Positions 13,317 to 26,348 are shown, counted from the stretch's first letter. The stretch: 64,000 nucleotides of DNA from Takakia lepidozioides (GCA_030704615.1 CM060731.1:50468001-50532000), one strand, 5' to 3'. The notes: generated by a model not told the origin, from the sequence alone. Numbers and translations are program-made.

Positions 13317-13430
13317 AAGCGTCCCTTAAGGACATCCACCCCAACCAAGGAGGGTAACAAGCCCGCGGTGGAATCCCTAAGACCCCTTTTGTCTCTGTCT
13401 CTATCTCTCTCCCTCTCTCACCCTTAGTTC

Positions 13431-14960
13431 ACATAGTTGTGTCACTGTTAACGGACAGAAGTCCAACTTCTTTGACATAGACCACGGTGCTCAAGGATGT
13501 ACTCTCTCCCCTCTGCTCTTCAATGTTTTCATCAATCAACTCCTTGAAGATGTGGAAAGTGAGGGATTTGGGTTAAGGGTGGGTGATACCACCATACCAG
13601 CCCTTATGTTTGCGGATGACTTCGCAGGCATAGGAGAGACTCCAACCAATCTCCAGGAGTTGATTGATTGCGCGAAGAGATACTTTGATCTTTGGGGGCT
13701 AGAGGCTAATGTCAACAAATGTGCACTGGTAGCATTCAACGACAGAGGAGAAGGAGGAAGTGATCTTAAGTTGCAGTGGGGTAGCCAAGAGATCCCGGTC
13801 CTCCCTTCCTACGCTTACATGGGCGTTGAGTTTTCCTCCAACTGTAATTGGGATGCACATATACGGAAAGTTGTTCAAACTTGCAAGGGCACAACTCTGG
13901 GGCTCACTAAATTTTTCCACTGCAAAGGGGTTACCTCTGAGGCTAAGAAGACAATGGTTTGTCACGTTATTAGACCTGCCTTGGAGTACGGATCTGCTAT
14001 ATGGGTTGATAACTCCAACCAAGCTAAGTCTGTAGAATCCATTCAATTGGGGGTGCTTAAGGAGTGTATGTCAGTATGCTCCAAAACAGCCAATGTGGCT
14101 GTTCGGGGTGAGTTTGGCATTTCGTCCTTAAGCTCCCGACAAGATGAATTCAAGGTCAGATGGTGGGGTCAGTTGCAACATATGCCCAATACCAGATATC
14201 CTAAGTTAATCGACACTATATCTTGGAAACAGGACCGCCCTGTCAAACAGGCTAAGTCCTGGCAGAAGAGAGTAGAAGAGATTCTCAAGGACTTGGACCT
14301 GGAGCTGCAAGTCTTCACCCTGCTGGATAAATTTGACTTAGAGGCTGTAGTGTCCAAAGCCATGTCTGTTGCCATGAGATTGTCTGATGAAAATGAAGTT
14401 AGGCAGAAAACTTCCCTGAACTTGTTTCCAGTCAGTGATATGGGCGAGGACATCTTGGACGACCTCAAGGGTCTACCCACTCTTGGCACTAGACTGAAAT
14501 TTAAACTCAGGGCAGGAAGCCTACCTTTGAACAGCAAGCAGAAGCAGAGAGAAAAGGGAGAGTGCAATTGTCCGTTGTGTGGGCAATCTGAAGACAGTAT
14601 TCATTTTCTGATACACTGTCCGGGGTTCTCTCACCAAAGAGACGCTCTCTTTAATTCTATCAAGGGAATTGTGCCTGTACCCCTGTTTACCAACTTTGAA
14701 ATTCTCAAGGCTGAGCCAAAAGCCCAGGCCCTCCTGAGGCCTAGTTTTTGGGCAAATCACACACAACAGATTGCTGCTCGTGTGAAGGGATTTCTAGAGG
14801 ATATATGGAAAACCCGGATTAATTCTTTATATGAAGGTAAGTCTTACTACCAACGTCAGCCCCTGACAGAGGTAGGTTCTGTCCCTTTTGTTCCTGCTCA
14901 AACTGGGCGCGGGGTCAATGGCCACAAGGCTACGACAAACAACGTCTTATGAGTGCAATG
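13431..14960 (+). mobile_element. Non-LTR retrotransposon, 5'-truncated copy 2 with uninterrupted RT-CCHC frame
   Basis: Frame is open from ~13432 to 14952 and includes QGCTLSPLLF, MFADD and CPLC...H....C. TSD tcacc(c/t)ttagttc at 13418-13430 and 14961-14973. CT-rich tract immediately 5'. Confidence 0.95.
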
Positions 14961-14973
14961 TCACCTTTAGTTC

Positions 14974-17900
14974 CTCTCAGATTGTGGAAGCAATTGAGCA
15001 TTTTCATGATGTGTAGCGTTTAGGGTAGGGTTTTGTGTAAAGCAGAGGTAGAGGCAGAACCGAGCAAGGTTTAGGGTAAATCTAAGTGAGTAAGAGGCTG
15101 GGGTGTATGGCGGAGGAATGATCTTTGGAGTGATGTACTGATGGAGAAGGGAGTGTGGGGGGCTTGGACTGAGAGTGAGGGAGAGGCTGGAGAATGGCTC
15201 ATGAAATGTATATGCTTACAGTGACTGAGATGGTGATTGGTTTGTATAACCAAGCCTATTACTACTATGATTGGCTTGTGAACTTAAGGCATGAGTGGTT
15301 GATTGTTTCATTTTGAACCTGATATGCTTTGAGCCTAGTTCCGGAGATTTATCTCCAGACCTGCAATCTGCTTTTGTGATGAGTTTACAATCTGCATATA
15401 TGGTGGTAAATGTTATATATCAAACCAAGCTTATTTCCTAAATGTGAATGACATGGAAACCTTGTTAGAAAGATGAATGGCTTACAAGTTGGACTATGTA
15501 TGTATGGCTTGACCCATGGATTAAATTTCAAAGGGTTAGAACATGTGTTAGGGTTTTAATACTGAATGGATGTGGGACATTGCTAAGGCGTCAGAGCATG
15601 ACATTCCATGCATTCACGCCATTGGATGCGAATCTGTTTTTGGCACATTAGGCCAAGGTTTGTATGCGTTCACGAACTGCCGACCTTGTTCGTTGCCCGG
15701 TTGACCTTATTTTCCATAATTGCTAACTTTGTGGGGTGGAGAGGTTTGTGTCAGCTGCATCAAAGCGAGCAAAAGAAGGGGGGATTGAGGCTGTGGCGAA
15801 TGCTACTGGTCCAAGCATCACTGAGCTAGCACACGCATCGAAGGCGGACAAGGGTTTTGGCTCCCAGTCAATTGGAGGTGCACAATTAAATGGCGTGCGG
15901 GTATTTTTATTTATTTTTGCATTCATTTTGCTGGAGCAGTAGCCAGGCCATGCGGGCTGATTATGTCTCTTTCTTTGGCTGTATAGGGAGGGAGCAGTGC
16001 GATGCAGTCTCGACTCTCGTCCCTTAAGGGCAGTGTGCTTGCCTTGGCAGACGTTTAGATCCCGACGATTGAGGACGAATTGGCCACTATAAAAGCAGAA
16101 GTTGCTAAGGCTTCTGCGGATAATAGCAAAAAACTGGATGCATTGATGGCAATGATGTTGGGAATGTCAGCAACCGCCCCTCCTCCAACTACTATCCCAA
16201 TATGTACTGTTATTGAACCTTGCGATTCCGACGCAGGCTTGGGAGGCAAGACTGCTACGGAGAAGGTGGTTTGTGCACCTTCATCCCAACTTATTTTTGT
16301 GGTTGTCATATATTCAGTGTTAGTTGACTTTGAAGTTTACTGCTCTGGTATGTTTTGCTTGGGTGCAGGGAGAACCTCTTGAGGTTGGGGAAAAGCCAAA
16401 GTCATCAGCCATTGAGGACCTTGTGGTGACCCAAATAAAATTGGGGCACAAGGGAATTCTTGATAAATTGCCACGTAAGAAGGGAGGTGGAGCTGGCGGG
16501 ACAGCAATATTGGCTACTGGTGAGGACGTCTGCTCCACCGAGAGTGCTGGTAAGGGTGACAGTTGAGGGTTGGCAGATCAGCATGTGAAGCCAACTTCCC
16601 CACAGAAAGAGGTACGCCCTCAAAAACTTTATCTTGGTTCCTGTCCTTGGGCTTTCTGTTTTTTACTCTAAAAATATTTCATGAATGATCTATTTATTGG
16701 TATATGCCATGAATTCTATACATCAGGTATGGTAAGACGTACTCATGTACTATACCTTGTTGTTTTGTTGGCATGTAGAAGGGACTAAAGCAGAGGACCC
16801 TGCCCCAGCCATCGTGAAGGGAGCTGAGAAGAAGTACATACGAAAAGGAGAGCGTGTAACTAGAGCCACTGCTGCCAAAGGCACAAAGTCCTTGACTGAT
16901 GCAACTGGTGACATAACACCAAGTTCTAGCGGGAGGAAGAGTCAGGTGGGCCTTCAGGAGGCACCTCTCCATACAACAGTTTATGTACTAGACGTGAGCA
17001 CGCATGCACCTGTTGGCTATCAGTTCTGTACAATGTGGCCATTTACATTTTGGGTACTTCAAACTATTAGTAGATACATTGCTAAATGTAACTGCTAAGG
17101 GGTGTTGGGCATGATGTTTGCAGGTTGAAAAAGCCGCTCTTGATACTGCCACCGATAGTGCACCAACTGCGGTGCCTTCAAAGGCAACCCTCAATTATCA
17201 ACCCCCTGCCACAATGGCAAATATTCTTATGCTGCCAAAAGTACTCTACACTTTCAGTGATTGCTTATACTGGGCGGTCCTCATTATCTAGTTTTCGTGG
17301 TACATGTATGTCTTCATGGGTTGATTAATGTGGGTTTTATGGTGGGTGTTGTATGCAGTTTAAGTTGAAGGACAAAATCAGCCTATATGATCCTCATTTA
17401 CCACGACACAGGGCTGCCAGTGGAATTGTCACTGGTGTGCCTGACAAAGATACATATCACTGCCGTGTTATTTGTGGCGGGTTGAGGTATCTATATTGCC
17501 AATTGTGTGTTGCCTCACCCTAACGAGGAAGAGGTCCCACCGTAAACAATGTTGGAGGATATCGTCGGTCTGAATTGTCTTTGGCCAGAGAAGAACATGA
17601 AGAGGGGGCTTAGATTTTGTTCGTTCGGGCATAGACATTGCTGGTAGTGAGAAGAAGGCAGGAAAGCAATTCAGTGTTCCTAGCATGTATGCGGAGACAC
17701 CGTGTAGAAATTAGACTCTTCATTTTATCATGGCTGGATTTTGTTGACAGTGTTCCAGCACTTAACTCTCTAGGATTCTATTCTATTTTGTGGAGCTTGA
17801 ATCCCCAATGGTACTTCTTTAAACACTACACTAGTGCTATGTGTTCCTCTAGTCATGTTCATAATCATTTGTACATCACTGTAATAGTGGTATAATTTAA

Positions 17901-18661
17901 AACTGTGGGAGTAGCCAAATGCACACAATTGCCTACATTACCACTCGTATAGTGGTATAAGTAGTCACATATATATTACTGTACTAGTGGTATGAATTCC
18001 TCCAGTGGTATTCCTAATCACTCACACACCACTCTGTTAGTAATCACTCCAATCCCAAAGTTCCCACTCAGAGAGACACCATGAATGACTCAAATAGCTT
18101 ACACAGCACTATGTGGGTAATCTTTCCAATGACCTTCTGAGAGACGTCATCCACTCGAATAACCACTCTGTGAGTGATGTTGTATATTCTCAGTTTTCAT
18201 AGAATGACTCTATGAGTCATTTTTTGATCACTCAACAAGTGGTTTCGGAAGTCATTGAATTTTTCACTCCATCCATTTTGTAGCACTGACACACGATCGC
18301 CACATGTCGACATAATCTCCAATATCATCCACGGATCACCGGCTTAGACATCTCCACTACAAAACGGAAGTGGTTATTTTACCACTATGACACGTCATAA
18401 GTGGTTGTTTTACCTCAGTGACACGTCATTGACATGTCACAGTGGTTAATTTACCACTCTGACATGTCAACGTACAGGTGGACCCGGACGTGAGTGGTTC
18501 GAACCATTGTCCTTAACCATGGGTGCCACGTAATGTCTTTTACCACTCACTTGTCCTAATCCACTGGTTCTTCATCACTCTGGGGCTAGAGTGGTTTAGT
18601 GTCTTTTACCACTCAAAATGAGTGGTTAACAGAGTGGTTATTCCGCGTTTTTCTTCTAGTG
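14974..18661 (+). mobile_element. CACTA (En/Spm) DNA transposon, right arm; left end not located
   Basis: Terminus ...cgcgtttttcttctagtg is the reverse complement of CACTAGAAGAAAAACGCG. Dense ACCACT/AGTGGT subterminal repeats at ~17880-18650. Degenerate exon-like pieces inside. Confidence 0.8.
17359..17600 (+). pseudogene. Degenerate CACTA TnpA/Tnp1-like C-terminal domain exon
   Basis: After a CAG acceptor: FKLKDKISLY...AASGIV...YH..., then after a frameshift LPHPNEEEVPP*TMLEDIVGLNCLWP. This fits the A-x-G...H...LP-x-P...L-x-D...G...WP pattern of En/Spm accessory proteins. Confidence 0.55.
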
Positions 18662-19501
18662 TCTATAAGAGTCTAGGTCCAACTTTTCCAGTTTTTTCAA
18701 CAGTTCCAAGGGATGAGGCAATGCTTGTATGCTCGAGCAACCCTCAAGGTAAAATAATCTTAACACTTCAAGATTACCAATGGCATCTGACAGACCTTTG
18801 AGTGTTGTACAATTCTGGAGGCACAGTCTTCAGAGATGAATCAATGCTCCGATGGAATCAGGCAAGCTCTCCAAGCTGGTACAAGATTCTAGGTCCAACT
18901 CTATGAGCTCTTTCACCAATCCCAATGAGTCAGAAAATGTTTGTATAAATTGGAGTAACCCTCAAGGTAAATGAGTCTTAATACTTCAAGATTACCAATG
19001 GACTCTGATAGGGCTTTGAGTGATGCACAACTCTTGAGCCATAGTTGTTCGAGATGAATCAATGTTCTGATGGAATCAGACACCCTCTCCAAGTTCCAAG
19101 TTCGTACAAGACTCTAGGTCCAACGTTTTGAGCTCCTTCAACAGACCTAAGTAATCAGGCAAAGCTTGTATATTGGAACAACCCTTAAGGTTGAGGACTT
19201 TTAATTTTGTAAGATAACCAATGGAGTCTGGCAGGCCTTTAAGGGCTGTACAATTCATGAGCCACGGTTTTTGGAGATGAATCAATGTTTCGATGGATTC
19301 AAGCAAGCTCTCCAAGCTGGTGCAAGAAGAGAGGTCCAAGTTTTCGAGCTCTTTCAACAACCCTAAACACTCAGGCAAGGCTTGGATATTGGAGCAACCC
19401 TCAAGGTAAATGAATCTTAACTTTGCAAAATCACCAATGGAGTCTGGTAGGCCTTTGAGTGTCGTACAATTCTTGAGCCACAGATTTTGGAGATGAATCA
19501 A
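18662..19501 (-). pseudogene. Frameshifted distal LRR tail of the NLR, cut off by the CACTA terminus
   Basis: A 1-bp deletion near 19505 (aatgaccgat vs the usual aatgctccgat) shifts the frame. LRR codons continue with further indels up to the CACTA end at 18661. Confidence 0.85.
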
Positions 19502-22500
19502 TGACCGATGGAATCAGACAACCTCTTCAAGCTGGTACAAGACTCTAGGCCCAACATTTTGAGGTCCTTCTTTAGCCACAAGTAGTCAGGCAAGGCTTGT
19601 ATGTTGGAACAACCCTCAAGGCTGATGACTTCTAACTTTGCAAGATTACGAATGGAGTCTGGTAGGCCTTTGAGTGCTGTACAATTCTTGAGCCACAATA
19701 TTTGGAGATGAATCAATGCTCCGATGGAATTAGGCAACCTCTCCAAGCTGGTACAAGACTCTAGGTCCAACTCTTCGAGCTCTTTCAACAGCTCCAAACG
19801 ATCAGGCACAACTTGTATGTTGGAACAACCCCGAAGATTGAGGATTTTTAACAATGCAAGATTACCAATGGAGTCTGGCAGACCTTTGAGTGTTGTACAA
19901 TTCATGAGCCGCAGTTGTTGGAGATGAATCAATGTTCCGATGGATTCAGGCAAGCTCTCCAAGCTGGTGCAAGAAGAGAGATCCAACTCTTCAAGCTCAT
20001 TCAATTGCCCCAAGTAGCCAGGCAAGGCTTGTATATTGGAACAACCCTCAAGGCTGAGGACTTTTAACTTTGCAAGATTACCAATGGAGTCTGGTAGGCC
20101 TTTGAGTGCTGTACAATTCTTGAGCCACAATTTTGGGAAATGAATCAATGCTCCGATGGAATCAGGCAACCTCTCCAAGCTGGTACAAGACTCTAGGTCC
20201 AACTCTTCGAGCTCTTTCAACAGCCCCAAACAATCAGGCACGACTTGTATGTTGGAACAACCCCGAAGATTGAGGATTTTTAACAATGCAAGCTTACCAA
20301 TGGAGTCGGGCAAGCCTTTGAGTGTTGTACAATTCATGAGCCGTAGTTGTTGGAGATGAATCAATGTTCCGATGGATTCAGGCAAGCTCTCCAAGCTGGT
20401 GCAAGAAGAGAGGTACAACTCTTCGAGCTCTTTCCACAGCCCCAAACAATCAAGCACGGCTTGTATGTTGCAGGACCAACCCTCGAGGCTGAGGACTTTT
20501 AACTTTGCAAGATTACCAATGGAGTTTGGTAGGCCTTTGAGTGTTGTACAATTCTTGAGCCACAATTTTGGGAAATGAATCAATGCTCCGATGGAATCAG
20601 GCAACCTCTCCAAGCTGGTACAAGACTCTAGGTCCAACTCTTCGAGCTCTTTCAACAGCCCCAAACAATCAGGCACGACTTGTATGTTGGAACAACCCCG
20701 AAGATTGAGGATTTTTAACAATGTAAGCTTACCAATGGAGTCGGGCAAGCCTTTGAGTGTTGTACAATTCATGAGCCGCAGTTGTTGGAGATGAATCAAT
20801 GTTCCGATGGATTCAGGCAAGCTCTCCAAGCTGGTGCAAGAAGAGAGATCCAACTCTTCGAGCTCTTTCCATAGCCCCAAACAATCAAGCACGGCTTGTA
20901 TGTTGCAGGACCAACCCTCGAGGCTGAGGACTTTTAACTTTGCAAGATTACGAATGGAGTCTGGCAGATCTTTGAGTGCTGTACAATTCTTGAGCCACAA
21001 TTTTTGGAGATGAATCAATGCTCCGATGGAATTAGGCAACCTCTCCAAGCTCGTACAATAAGAGAGGTCCAACTCTTCGAGCTCTTTCAATGGCTCCAAA
21101 CAATCAGGCACAACTTGTATGTTGGAACAACCCCGAAGATTGAGGATTTTTAACAATGCAAGCTTACCAATGGAGTCGGGCAGGCCTTTGAGTGTTGTAC
21201 AATTCATGAGCCGCAGTTGTTGGAGATGAATCAATGTTCCGATGGATTCAGGCAAGCTCTCCAAGCTGGTGCATGATGAGAGGTCCAACTCTTCAAGCTT
21301 TTTCAACAACCCCAAACATTCAGGGAGGGCTTGTATATTGGAACAACCCTCGAAGTTGAGGACTTTTAACATTGTAAGCTTAACAATGGAAGCTGGCAGA
21401 CCTTTGAGTGTTGTACAATGCTTGACAAACATCTTTTGAAGCATCGTTAGCTCTCCACTCGAATGTGGAAGCATTTCAAGTCTCGAACACCTAGATAGTT
21501 CTATCTCCTCCACTTTTTTCATACGATCCAAAGTGTGTGTTGGACCCTTCAAGACAATATCACCAAAATTTATTACTATCTGCACCTAGTTTTACTCAAA
21601 ATAATAGATATTGATCCCAGCTCATTTTTTACAACACAACATTTCAAAGAAGCATACAATCTAAAGTCTACATTTAATGTAATATATGATATTCAATTTA
21701 AGTAACATGTACCTGATTATTATGATCTTCCTCCCACAACTTTTGGATGGTACTGTCTCGCACATGAAGCACGCGCAAATTGTTCGCAAAAGAAAGCTCG
21801 TGAGGCAAGTAGTCGGATCGCAAATCACACATGCGAAACCATGTCAAACTCTTTGGAAAAGTAATGAAAGATTCCCGTGTGAAATCATGTAAAAAAAGTA
21901 TTCTTAGCTTTTTCATGGTCTGAAAGCTCTCCATAGCCAATCTTTTGGAATCTCTCTCCACATTCTCCAAATTTAGTGAAAGCACTTGAACCTTGGATTT
22001 GATCTGGACAACACCACAACATACATTCTTGTATTCAGCAGATAATAACATTCATGACATCTTCAAATAGAAATTCCAATCATATGGCATCTATGAAAAG
22101 AATTGAACGTGCATTACATTTTGTGTTTCTCTTGTACAATGAATGTCCATCAAGTTGTTGATTTACAGTCAAGCCTTGAAGTTGTGCAGCTCTCAAAATG
22201 AGTTAACACTTGGAACAATCAGTTCGCTCCCTCTTCACCCATCAATCAAATATTTGAGTCTTGACTTGCATCGTACAAATTTTAACAACAATGGAATAGA
22301 CAGTTCGATTTTTATGAAATCACCTCATTTTCAGTCAGGTCTGTTGCTTCGTCTTGGGGTACCCAAAAGCCACTCCAATCCTCAGGCAAACCATGCCCTG
22401 TCATCACAATGTGTCGACCCATGGCTCGTAGATGATCATGCATCAAGAATCCGCGTTCATGGTCCAACTTCACCAATGTCTTATCAATGAGATTTCGAAG

Positions 22501-24920
22501 TCCAATCTCTGCACACCACCCAGATCCTTTCCAGGCTCGTATAGCCGTCTCACTTGATTCCCCAAGGAGCACGCAAGCAATGTCAAGGAACATTTTTTTA
22601 TGATCTTCCTCGAGAGCATCAAAGCTTATTCGCAAGATCTCATATAGTTTTTTGTTCTCTGGGAGATAAGATTGTTTTTTCAACTTCTCAAGGACTTCTT
22701 CCCAAATGCCCCTGTCCTCCACTCCACTCAATAATGCGCCAATTATCTCCAAAATTAACGGAAGCCCACCACAAGCTTTCACAACATCAGTTGCAAGCTT
22801 TTTAAAATGTTCTTTTGGGTTCGAATTCGAAAAGGCATGCAAATTGAACAACTTCTTCGAATCTTCCTCACAAAGACCCTCGACATTGTAAATACCACCA
22901 AGTTTTGACATCAATTGCTTGTCACGTGATGTCATCAAACAACAACTCCCATCTGCTAGTTCTCCAAACATCTCTGCATTGAACATTAGAGCATCCATTT
23001 GAGACTGATCACCAACGTCATCCAACACAATCAAAACCTTCTTCTCACGTAGACGCGCCTTCAATATTTCTTTTCCTCGAGATACGCAATTCATCCTTAA
23101 ATTTGTATATTTGCATATGTCATCGTGCAATTGCTTTTGCATGTTGGTGACCCCATCAGAGTGCTTAGCTCTCTCCTTGATGTCCGCCACAAAACTAGCT
23201 GCCTCAAAACCCGTAAACATACTATTGTATATTTCTTTTGCTAATGTCGTCTTGCCCACTCCACCTGTGCCCCATATGCCAAATGTCATAACTCCTGGAC
23301 CACGCTCCAAACTTTGGATTACAATTTTTGCTCTTTCTTTAAGCCCGACAGGGTGTTTGGCAGTTCCAAATGGTAATATGTTCAAAACTTCTACAACTTT
23401 CTTCACGGCTTTCTTCACCACACTCGATTCAGACCTGCACATCAAGGGTATTGATAAGGCTACATAAGGCAGTGCCCCATAAACATCTCATCAAGAATTG
23501 CTTCTAAGAATCAGTAATTTTCAATCAGTTATCCAAAGTCAAAAGCAAGCTTCCAAGGAGCTCCAACATCTACACCACAATCAGCACCACACTTTGTGAT
23601 CTAAGAGTGCAACAAACAACTTTTTATGCAAAGCTCATAGTGCCAAGGGGCTTTGCCATTAAAAGTGATGTTGATCCACTAAAAGATCTCGTCAGAAAAC
23701 AAACAATTACAACTATCATGAAATTTATATGAAATATCCTAAATCATATAATTAAAGTCCCACTTCTACATTTGCATGCAAGATTCTTTCCTAGGAGATA
23801 AAAAGAGCGAGGAAATAGAGAGTGGGCTGCAATATCTTTACGAATATGGAGATATATTCTTACTTACAGTTAAAGGTAGCCAAATAAGAAGCATTGAGCA
23901 GATCTGATCTAAGGTTATTATAGAGGAATTTTCAGATGAGCAAACAAAAAAAATTAGAGAAACAGCAACAAAAAAGTAGTAGAAAAAGAAAAAGAAAAGA
24001 AAAAAAGAAGCATGTATAAAAGACGCCGACCATAACAAAACAATGAACATGGATTCATATGAACCCTGAACTAAGAATTGTAGTATATAGACTTGGTGAC
24101 TGCCTCTCACACATCCATGGACCAAGCAAAAAATGAAGACGTATGGAAGTATCAGGCCACCATCATTTTCTCTCCAAGAGAAAGTAAGTGCAATGACCTG
24201 ATGGTACAAGAACGCATGACAAATCCTTAAGACCGACAAGAGAAGAAAACGATATCCCCATGCAGCCCCTCGTTGTTGACAAAGGCCTCCACAATTTCAA
24301 GGGTAGAGTCATAAAAGGAAGACAGCAAGGTAGGAGCAATTGGGAAATGAATGCTTATAAAAGTCAAAATTATGAAAGAGACGTGTTCTCAGGAGTGGGA
24401 GGGAGGTGGGAAATCAAGTAAATCATCATCATGCCAAATATACAGGAGTAAGCAAGCAAACTTTGCACACCCTACCCATCTGCAAGTTCCACTCCCATGC
24501 GATGTGATGCTTGAGTGAGTGCTTCCTTCCACTTTGTCACTTCTTCATCAGTGTGCCGCTGACTTAGTTTCTCAAGCCCAGCCCTTAGACAACCATTATC
24601 TGGCCGACGTACATCGCTGGGTGTCACATCATAGAAGATGGGAAAGATGTCATTGTCACAGCTTTTCAACATGAGGCATAGCTCATCCAGGCACCACTTG
24701 GACTCCGTATAACCCTTACTGAACACCGGTATGCAGATACGAGCACTGCGGATAGCATGATCGATGGACTCCCATGATCTCTCTCCCAAACTAATATCTT
24801 GGATGTCGAGGAACGGTTTAAACCCAGCACTGCGCAGCGCCTCATCCAAGTGGCTCACAAAAGTCTTCTTTACGTCCGGCCCTCTATGACTGATAAACAC
24901 ATCATACCTCTCCACGGGAC
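19498..24920 (-). CDS. TIR-NB-ARC-LRR immune receptor (LRR tail frameshifted; may be truncated-functional or a pseudogene)
   Basis: Exons 24920-24476 (TIR: YDVFISHRGPD, WCLDEL), 23434-22324 (P-loop GTGGVGKTT, kinase-2 LIVLDDV, GLPL, MHD), 22003-21713 and 21579-19498 (about 28 24-aa LRRs). All introns are GT-AG and phase-compatible. The first coding exon lies upstream. Confidence 0.92.
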
Positions 24921-25705
24921 CTGCACATAGAAGAACAGAACCTTTTCCTGCACAAAGTGAATGCCTAAGAGGATGAGGTTGACTTGCAAAAGGGTCAGTT
25001 TAATCTGACCTTAACTCAAGGGGATTTTCCAGCAGCCATGACAAGAAAACAATGCCCAAGTAAATGCCCATGCCTGAGCATACAAACCAAAAAATGATGA
25101 GGCTCTTGGGGCTGGGCGAAAAGGTATTTACCAAGCCACCAGTTCCCTCACCCCTGACTCTCTTTCTATCTTTCATACCTCAGATTCGTACCAATTGTGA
25201 CACTATTTAGGTGTGTGACTCTTAGTGCACATCACCTGCGGACTCACATGTACCGTTCAACACCAGTATTGTTAGACCTTCAAGCTGGCGTCCATGGACT
25301 TCTAAAACAGATTAAACTTTTCTCATCTCCAGCAGGTAACTCCCACTTTCAGTCGTGCACCCAGCTTACTCACCTACGTCGTTTCTTCCAGTTCTCTTGC
25401 ATTCCCATGTCATCATGTTTACCACAGATAGTTCCTAAACTTAACACCAGAACAGTGCTTCTTCATTCAGATCGGGTCTGGTGCGAACTACTCCCCATAC
25501 TTCAAACAAGTTGGCGCAAGGTGAGAAGGACTTATGCTCATCAAGTCCCGCCAAATTTCCACCACTTCTGGGAGGTGCGGAATGTTCACAAAAGAAGCTC
25601 GCGGCGGTGGGCTATCGTCTGATAACCCCTACTAATTGTCAATCCCACCCAAGGAGGCCAGCGGAGTAGTTCTCTCAATGGAGGAAAGAAAGCTGACAGC
25701 GTTAC

Positions 25706-26348
25706 CTCTGGGGGTTCGGTTGCTGCGGTTAATATCCACTGAGTCATCCTCGGCAGCCCGTTCATGTGGATCCTGAGAGCTGGAAGCAAGCGTGGACCTT
25801 TGAGCAGATGCAGAGCTGATATCCACTGAGTCATCCTCGGCAGCCCGTTCATGTGGATCCTGAGAGCTGGAAGCAAGCGTGGACCTTTGAGCAGATGCAG
25901 AGCTGATATCCACTGAGTCATCCTCGGCAGCCCGTTCATGTGGATCCTGAGAGCTGGAAGCAAGCGTGGACCTTTGAGCAGATGCAGAGCTGATATCCAC
26001 TGAGTCATCCTCGGCAGCCCGTTCATGTGGATCCTGAGAGCTGGAAGCAAGCGTGGACCTTTGAGCAGATGCAGAGCTGATATCCACTGAGTCATCCTCG
26101 GCAGCCCGTTCATGTGGATCCTGAGAGCTGGAAGCAAGCGTGGACCTTTGAGCAGATGCAGCACTGGATTTCGACCAGAGAGGAGGCAGCCACTGCACGG
26201 CACAGCGACCATAGCACACACCAACAATCGCAAGCGCCGCCCAGGTAGCCCATCCTACATTTTGACTCTTCCACTGTACGCTCCAATTCATGTTCACCCT
26301 CGATCGGCTTCCGATGCAGCACCACCCTTCATCCACCACAAGCTGCAT
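25706..26348 (-). CDS. Candidate upstream exon of the NLR: hydrophobic segment plus five 29-aa Ser/acidic repeats
   Basis: Open frame. Donor AGAG|GTAAC at 25706/25705 is phase 1 and joins acceptor TGCAG|GT at 24921/24920 in frame (...RTPR-G-PVERYDVF). Start codon uncertain. Confidence 0.55.
25731..26161. repeat. Tandem repeat, 5 x 87 bp, essentially identical
   Basis: Units start at 25731, 25818, 25905, 25992 and 26079. The minus frame reads SSASAQRSTLASSSQDPHERAAEDDSVDI. Confidence 0.98.

Noticed and set aside
25731-26161. CRISPR-like array
   Set aside because: Units are contiguous identical 87-mers with no unique spacers, there are no cas genes, and the context is eukaryotic.
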